NCBI GenBank assembly: GCA_965248535.1
Contig: CBDFJR010000002.1
Coordinates: 2,016,001 to 2,080,000 of the forward strand
Source: Phormidesmis sp.
Lineage (GTDB): Bacteria; Cyanobacteriota; Cyanobacteriia; Leptolyngbyales; Leptolyngbyaceae
DNA length: 64,000 nucleotides
Reading direction: 5' to 3'
The notes beneath the pieces are model-generated. The model made no database searches. It was not told where the DNA came from and saw only the letters and a program-made list of their open reading frames with translations. Shown piece after piece: positions 58,751-64,000 of this stretch. A program made the translations under genes and the position numbers. Position 1 is the stretch's first letter, and each line of letters begins with the position of its first letter.

Positions 58751-59659
58751 CTAGACCAAGTGCGTCAACATAAATCCCAACCCCAAAAACAATCCGCTCC
58801 AAAAATGGAGTTCGACTGCAATCAAGCGACAGAAGAGGAGTTTGTGCGGTTGGTCATGCTGCGAACCGATGAATCGGCAAAGCTTGCGGGCGACGGGCAA
58901 ACTGAGAAAAATCAGCAGCGTCCAAACCGGAAAGATATTCAAACTCACAAATAGCGTCGTCAGCCCATAGAGACTGCCGCAGATCCACGGTAAAAGCTGC
59001 GCCGATCGCTTCGTGCCCAACCGCACCACCGGAGATTTTTTGCCGATCGCAGCGTCGTCTTTGACCTGGTTAAAGTGAGAGCAAAACAAAATTAAGCTCG
59101 TGGCAATGCCAACCACGATCGAGGCGGCAAAACTCGTCGCCGACCAAGCTTTTGTTTGACTGTAATAAGTCGCCGCAAATGCCAACGGCCCAAACGCAAA
59201 AAAGCAAAGAATTTCTCCTAGCCCTTTATAGCTGAGACGAAACGGCGGCCCTTGATAGATATAGCCAATGCCACAGCACAGCAAAATCAACCCAATCACC
59301 GTTGGATCTTGCTGTTGAAGGGCGATCGTGCTGATGCCCAACAATCCCAAAGCGAGACAGAGATTGCTAACCCAAAAAATTAGCGACTTGTTGCCCGTCA
59401 TGTTGACGAGAGAATTTTTCTTATTGACATCGACCCCAGTTTCTGAGTCAAACACGTCATTGCTAAAATTTTCCCACGCCAAAATCAAAATGGCAGAGAT
59501 CAAAAACGTGAAGAAGATGGAAGCGTTGAACCGATGAGTTTCAGCGAAAGCAACGGCTGAACCGACCCAAATCGGCATGATGGCCACGCTATACATCGGG
59601 GGTTTAATGGCGGCAAACCAGAGTTTTTTACTCGCCCGCTCGATCGTCCTAGTCGTCAT
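58751..59659 (-). CDS. menA: 1,4-dihydroxy-2-naphthoate phytyltransferase
   Basis: AAIKPPMYSVA, NDVFDSETGVD, YQGPPFRL and DDAAIGKKSPVVRLG motifs. Confidence 0.95.
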   Translation of the reverse strand: MTTRTIERASKKLWFAAIKPPMYSVAIMPIWVGSAVAFAETHRFNASIFFTFLISAILILAWENFSNDVFDSETGVDVNKKNSLVNMTGNKSLIFWVSNLCLALGLLGISTIALQQQDPTVIGLILLCCGIGYIYQGPPFRLSYKGLGEILCFFAFGPLAFAATYYSQTKAWSATSFAASIVVGIATSLILFCSHFNQVKDDAAIGKKSPVVRLGTKRSAQLLPWICGSLYGLTTLFVSLNIFPVWTLLIFLSLPVARKLCRFIGSQHDQPHKLLFCRLIAVELHFWSGLFLGLGFMLTHLV

Positions 59660-59844
59660 CAACAAAACTCCTCTAGCTGCCAGAAGACTCAATAATGCTG
59701 TGCATCTCAGTCTCCCATCTGGGTTGTGGCATTGGAGGGGTTTTATAGAAACGTTACAACGCGGGTCGCCACTCCCATCAGATTCCTAAAACCCTGACCC
59801 CTGAATCCCTTTAGACTAGATCAAACGCTTATCCCAATGCTTTG

Positions 59845-61230
59845 ATGAAACTGCCCGATGGATCTCGGTTGCCTTCGCTGCTGCAAACTCTGGCGATCGT
59901 GGCGCAACCAATCAACTTTCTTGAACGCTGTGCCCAAAAATATGGAGACACCTTTACGTTGCGGGTGTTGGGGATCAACTCACCACCTGTTGTCTTTTTT
60001 AGCCATCCTGATTCGATTCAGGCGATCTTTACGACGCTGGCAGACTCGTTTGAGTTTGGCAAAGTCACCCACATTTTTCGGCCGTTGGTGGGCGATCAGT
60101 CGGTGATTATGCAAGAAGGGCAACGCCACCAGCGACAGCGACAGTTGCTCATGCCTGCGCTGCACCGAGAACAGCTTTATGGTCAAGGGCGCGTGATTTG
60201 TGACCTGGCACGGCAGCAGATCGCAGACTGGCAGATCGGACGATCGCTCACCATTCGTCAAGAGATGTCAGAAATCTCGCTTCAGGTGATTTTGCAGGTC
60301 GTGTTTGGCATGGTGCCCGGAGCGCGATATGAACGGCTGAAACATTTGCTGAGTCACTTACTCGAAGCGATTACCTCACCGCTTTACTCGACGCAGTTCT
60401 TCTTTCCGATGCTTCAGCAAAATTTAGGAAAGCGAAGTCCGTGGGGCAGATTTTTGGCTCAACAGCAGCAGATTGATGAACTGATTTATGCCGAAATTGG
60501 CGATCGCCGATCTCAATCCCTCAACGAGCGAACCGATATTCTCTCAGTGTTGATGAACGCCACCGACGATCGGGGCGAATCGATGAGCGATATTGAACTG
60601 CGCGATCAGTTGATGACCCTGCTGCTGCTCGGTCACGAAACCACCGCATCGGGCTTGGCCTGGGCATTTTACTGGATTCATCGCCACTCAGAGTGTCTCG
60701 ATCGCTTGCTCACCGAGATCCAAACTCTAGGTGAGAATCCCGATCCAACAGCGCTGTCGCAGTTGCCTTATCTAACCGCCGTTTGCAAAGAAGCCCTGCG
60801 CGTTTACCCGATCGCTCTGATTTCTCAGCCGCGCAAAGTCAAAAAAACCGTTCAAATCGAGGGCTATGAGTTTGAGCCGGGGACGATTTTGGTGCCCTGC
60901 ATTTATTTGGCCCATCATCGAGCCGACACTTACCCAGAGCCAGAGCGATTTAACCCCGATCGCTTCATGACTCAAAAATTCTCGCCGTCTGAGTTTTTGC
61001 CCTTTGGCGGCGGCAGTCGCAGTTGTGTTGGCATGGCGCTGTCGTTGTTTGAGATGAAGCTGGTTTTAGCAACGGTTTTATCGAGCTATGGGTTTCAGAC
61101 TAACTACGATCGGGCGGTGCGTCCAGTGCGGCGCGGCATTACGTTTGTGCCACCTGACGATTTTCGGTTAAATGTGACGGGGCGGCGCTCGATCGAGAAC
61201 CCGATCCTTCAGCCCTTAGAATCAGCTTAG
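59845..61230 (+). CDS. Cytochrome P450 (CYP110-like)
   Basis: LLGHETT I-helix, EALR (ExxR), PDRF and heme motif FGGGSRSCVG. Confidence 0.95.
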   Translation: MKLPDGSRLPSLLQTLAIVAQPINFLERCAQKYGDTFTLRVLGINSPPVVFFSHPDSIQAIFTTLADSFEFGKVTHIFRPLVGDQSVIMQEGQRHQRQRQLLMPALHREQLYGQGRVICDLARQQIADWQIGRSLTIRQEMSEISLQVILQVVFGMVPGARYERLKHLLSHLLEAITSPLYSTQFFFPMLQQNLGKRSPWGRFLAQQQQIDELIYAEIGDRRSQSLNERTDILSVLMNATDDRGESMSDIELRDQLMTLLLLGHETTASGLAWAFYWIHRHSECLDRLLTEIQTLGENPDPTALSQLPYLTAVCKEALRVYPIALISQPRKVKKTVQIEGYEFEPGTILVPCIYLAHHRADTYPEPERFNPDRFMTQKFSPSEFLPFGGGSRSCVGMALSLFEMKLVLATVLSSYGFQTNYDRAVRPVRRGITFVPPDDFRLNVTGRRSIENPILQPLESA

Positions 61231-61254
61231 AGAGATGGTTTTATTGATGCCCTT

Positions 61255-62664
61255 ATGACTATCACCCCTTATCGGCTCGATCGTGCTCAAAATCAGAAAG
61301 CGATCGCTCACTTTCTATCGACGTGCAAAGCCACAAATTTTCGCAAAGCTCCTCAAATTGTCAGCATTTCATTAGAGATAGAATCGGTTGATCCGTTGGC
61401 AGTCCTTCAGGCAATCGTTAACCCTGCTCAGAGACACTTTTATTTTGAGAAAAGCGGTCAGCAAGAAGCAATTTTAGCCATCGATACGGCGATCGAGCTT
61501 AAAACTAAGGGCAAAAATCGATTCATTGAAGCCAAAGAATTCATTCGCAATGCTTCGGCTAATGCCATTCAGTTTGGCTCAGAAACGTCTTTTTCTGGAG
61601 CGCATTTTTTCTGTAATTTCTCATTTTTTGACGAGCAGCCAGAAAATTCAGCGTTTGCGGCTGCGTCAGTATTTCTCCCGCGCTGGCAGGTATCTCGTCA
61701 GGCAGATCGCTGCACGATCGTGGCAAATCTCCTCATCGATCACACTCTAGACCCTGATCAAGCCTCTGATCAGATATGGCAGAGGTTTCAGGCGATTCGT
61801 TCAGTGAGACATCAAGTGATTGATTTCGCGATCGACCCGCCAAATTTTCTCAGAAAACAAGACTTTTCTCACATTAATCACTTTAAAGACTCGGTTTTAT
61901 CTGCATTGAAATCGATTCAAAAAAATCACTTTCATAAAATTGTTTTAGCTCACGCATTAGACGTGACTTCACCCATTCCTTTTAACTTAGTTTCATCACT
62001 CAACAATCTACGAAATCTCTATTCCAATTGCTATATTTTTTCGACTAATCATAGTCAGGGACAAACCTTCATCGGGGCCAGTCCAGAACGGTTAGTTAAA
62101 ATTCATCGCCAGCATTTAGAAACGGATGCTTTAGCGGGTTCTGCGCCTCGCGGCAAGACGGCGATCGACGATGCTCACCTAGGCGATTGCTTGCTCTCCA
62201 GTCACAAAGAAACCCACGAACATCAAGTCGTGATTGATTTCATCACGCGCCATCTAGAAGAGTTGGGGCTAGAAACCCAGCGATCGGCGGCTCGTCTGCT
62301 GCGACTTCCCAACATTCAGCACCTATACACTCCGATTCGTGCGATCGTGCCTCCAGACGTGCACTTGCTAGATGTGGTGGCCAAACTACATCCGACTCCG
62401 GCGGTGGCAGGTGCTCCTAGAGAGCTTGCCTGTGAGCAGATTAGGCACTATGAGCAGTTTGAGCGATCGCTCTATGCGGCCCCGATCGGGTGGGTCGATC
62501 ACCAAGGCAACGGCGAATTTGCGGTCGGCATTCGATCGGCAGTGCTGAAGGGCTGTCAGGCTCGACTATTCGCCGGGGCAGGAATCGTGGCAGGTTCCAA
62601 TCCTGATAAAGAGTTAACCGAAGTTCAACTCAAGCTGCAAGCGCTGTTAGCCGCACTGGTCTAA
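61255..62664 (+). CDS. menF: Isochorismate synthase
   Basis: KIVLA, GASPERL, ALAGS, EHQVV, LHPTPAVAG and AGAGIV motifs. Confidence 0.93.
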   Translation: MTITPYRLDRAQNQKAIAHFLSTCKATNFRKAPQIVSISLEIESVDPLAVLQAIVNPAQRHFYFEKSGQQEAILAIDTAIELKTKGKNRFIEAKEFIRNASANAIQFGSETSFSGAHFFCNFSFFDEQPENSAFAAASVFLPRWQVSRQADRCTIVANLLIDHTLDPDQASDQIWQRFQAIRSVRHQVIDFAIDPPNFLRKQDFSHINHFKDSVLSALKSIQKNHFHKIVLAHALDVTSPIPFNLVSSLNNLRNLYSNCYIFSTNHSQGQTFIGASPERLVKIHRQHLETDALAGSAPRGKTAIDDAHLGDCLLSSHKETHEHQVVIDFITRHLEELGLETQRSAARLLRLPNIQHLYTPIRAIVPPDVHLLDVVAKLHPTPAVAGAPRELACEQIRHYEQFERSLYAAPIGWVDHQGNGEFAVGIRSAVLKGCQARLFAGAGIVAGSNPDKELTEVQLKLQALLAALV

Positions 62665-62704
62665 CCAAGCGACTACACTAATAGAGAGACGCGAGGGCTT
62701 TGCT

Positions 62705-63490
62705 ATGACCTCTTTTGCAGATTTACCAACCTTCACAAAACTGCCTGATCACACCCAGCTTCCCGAATCAGATGGCACCTTTGTGAAAAACTTTCTAGAA
62801 CACCCTCAGAGTGTTTTGTTAACAGACTCGATCGAGCCAATTTTGCAACAGCGCCATCCCGATGGACAATATTGCATCGGTCAAGACAGTGGCATCTATT
62901 GGCGAATAACCGACCCCCCCGAAAGAGACGCAGAGGCTCCTGATTGGTTTTTTGTGGCCAATGTGCCGCCTATGCTCAACGGAGAATCTCGCCGTTCTTA
63001 TGTGCTGTGGCAAGAATTGATCGCGCCGCTGATCGTGCTGGAGTTTGTCTCAGGAGACGGATCACAAGAGCGAGACACCACGCCCTGGACGGGCAAATTT
63101 TGGGTTTATGAACAGGTGATTCGTCCCGCTTTTTATGGGATTTATGAAGTCACCAAAGCGAGTGTCGAGGTCTATCACCTGGTTGAAAACCAATATCTCC
63201 CGGTGCCTACCAACGATCGGGGCCATTACCCTATTTCTCAGCTAGGCGTTGAGCTAGGAATTTGGCAAGGTCAGTATCAAAATCATCTGGATATTCCTTG
63301 GCTGCGCTGGTGGGACAATCAGGGCACCTTACTCCTCACTGGACACGAAACCGCCGCCCAGACTCAGCAACAGCTTGAGCAAGCCGAATCTCAACTTGAG
63401 CAAGCCGAATCTCAACTTGAGCAAGAACGTCAGCGCACAGAGCGGCTGATGGCCCAACTCCGGGCGCAAGGCATTGATCCAGAAGTTTAA
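62705..63490 (+). CDS. Uma2-family (PD-(D/E)XK-like) endonuclease
   Basis: LPESDG, APDWFFV, VLEFVS and LRWWD motifs; coiled-coil tail ending LRAQGIDP. Confidence 0.9.
   Translation: MTSFADLPTFTKLPDHTQLPESDGTFVKNFLEHPQSVLLTDSIEPILQQRHPDGQYCIGQDSGIYWRITDPPERDAEAPDWFFVANVPPMLNGESRRSYVLWQELIAPLIVLEFVSGDGSQERDTTPWTGKFWVYEQVIRPAFYGIYEVTKASVEVYHLVENQYLPVPTNDRGHYPISQLGVELGIWQGQYQNHLDIPWLRWWDNQGTLLLTGHETAAQTQQQLEQAESQLEQAESQLEQERQRTERLMAQLRAQGIDPEV
63374..63425 (+). repeat. 21-bp coding tandem repeat (about 2.5 copies)
   Basis: CTTGAGCAAGCCGAATCTCAA repeated; encodes LEQAESQ heptads. Confidence 0.9.
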
Positions 63491-63505
63491 GATCCAGAAG
63501 TTTAA
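63476..63505 (+). repeat. 15-bp tandem duplication spanning the Uma2 stop codon
   Basis: GATCCAGAAGTTTAA x2. Confidence 0.9.
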
Positions 63506-63514
63506 CTTTTCCGC

Positions 63515-64000
63515 ATGGCGATCGACTTCCGCAACATTAATACTGTCTGGGCTTCCGTCCTGGCAGAAACCCTTCAGCGTCTCGGTTTGACGACGGCTGT
63601 GATCTGTCCCGGTTCCCGATCGGCACCTTTAGCGATCGCCTTTGCTCAACATCCAAAAATCGAGGCGATTCCGGTTTTAGATGAGCGATCGGCGGCGTTT
63701 TTTGCTCTGGGTTTGGCACGACGCACTCATCAACCTGTGGTGCTAGTCTGCACCTCTGGCACGGCGGGTGCAAATTTCTATCCGGCGATTATTGAAGCGA
63801 GTGAAAGCCGCGTTCCTCTATTGGTTCTAACAGCCGATCGTCCGCCCGAACTGCGGAACTGCAACGCCGGACAAGCGATCGACCAGCAAAAACTTTTTGG
63901 CTCCTATCCCAAAGCCTATGCAGAGTTGGCATTGCCCGCGATCGAGCTACCGATGTTGGACTATTTACGGCAAACCTTGATCCAAGCTTGGCAGCGATCG
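63515..64000 (+). CDS. menD: SEPHCHC synthase, 5' part (runs off window end)
   Basis: Manual translation: [14 protein letters not shown]...[10 protein letters not shown]...[11 protein letters not shown]...[17 protein letters not shown]...TADRPPEL. Confidence 0.95.
   Translation, partial: MAIDFRNINTVWASVLAETLQRLGLTTAVICPGSRSAPLAIAFAQHPKIEAIPVLDERSAAFFALGLARRTHQPVVLVCTSGTAGANFYPAIIEASESRVPLLVLTADRPPELRNCNAGQAIDQQKLFGSYPKAYAELALPAIELPMLDYLRQTLIQAWQRS

Larger units (their letters stand above)
1..64000. repeat. HIP1 octamer GCGATCGC dispersed throughout
   Basis: Many occurrences of GCGATCGC and CGATCG in coding and intergenic DNA. Confidence 0.95.

Noticed and set aside
63537..63773. 78-aa minus-strand ORF
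   Set aside because: Antisense to menD, which is clearly encoded on the plus strand.

Overview
Chromosomal window from a cyanobacterium, judged by very frequent HIP1 GCGATCGC octamers, psaD and cyanoexosortase/PTPA-CTERM genes; a Leptolyngbya-like filamentous strain is an inference. Positions 1-43.5 kb are a large, mostly minus-strand surface-polysaccharide locus. It holds about 20 GT2/GT4/GT47-type glycosyltransferases, two epimerases, an acetyltransferase, a methyltransferase, wza-GT-wzc-hepC-wzm-wzt, a Wzy/ligase-like membrane protein and a HepA-like ABC exporter. A cyanoexosortase C/HpsJ/PTPA-CTERM module is embedded in it, and an MNT-HEPN pair splits wzm from wzt. Next come a Pro-rich membrane protein, psaD, trpE, a rhomboid protease and htpX. 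An accessory block beside tRNA-Leu(UAG) encodes a 1478-aa NACHT-pentapeptide-WD40 protein whose last ~30 codons plus downstream leader are duplicated around a vapBC-type cassette. The orphan copy begins at a HIP1 site and precedes a second antitoxin and a truncated toxin. A TrcR-like RHH regulator is divergent from a highly structured ~220-nt non-coding segment and an Alr0857-family gene. The window ends in a phylloquinone (men) cluster containing a cytochrome P450 and a Uma2 gene. The most interesting signals are the apparent allele swap of the NLR-like sensor domain together with its TA cargo, the candidate ncRNA behind the palindromic operator, and the P450 inside the men cluster. Family assignments come from recognised motifs and memory; no database searches were run.
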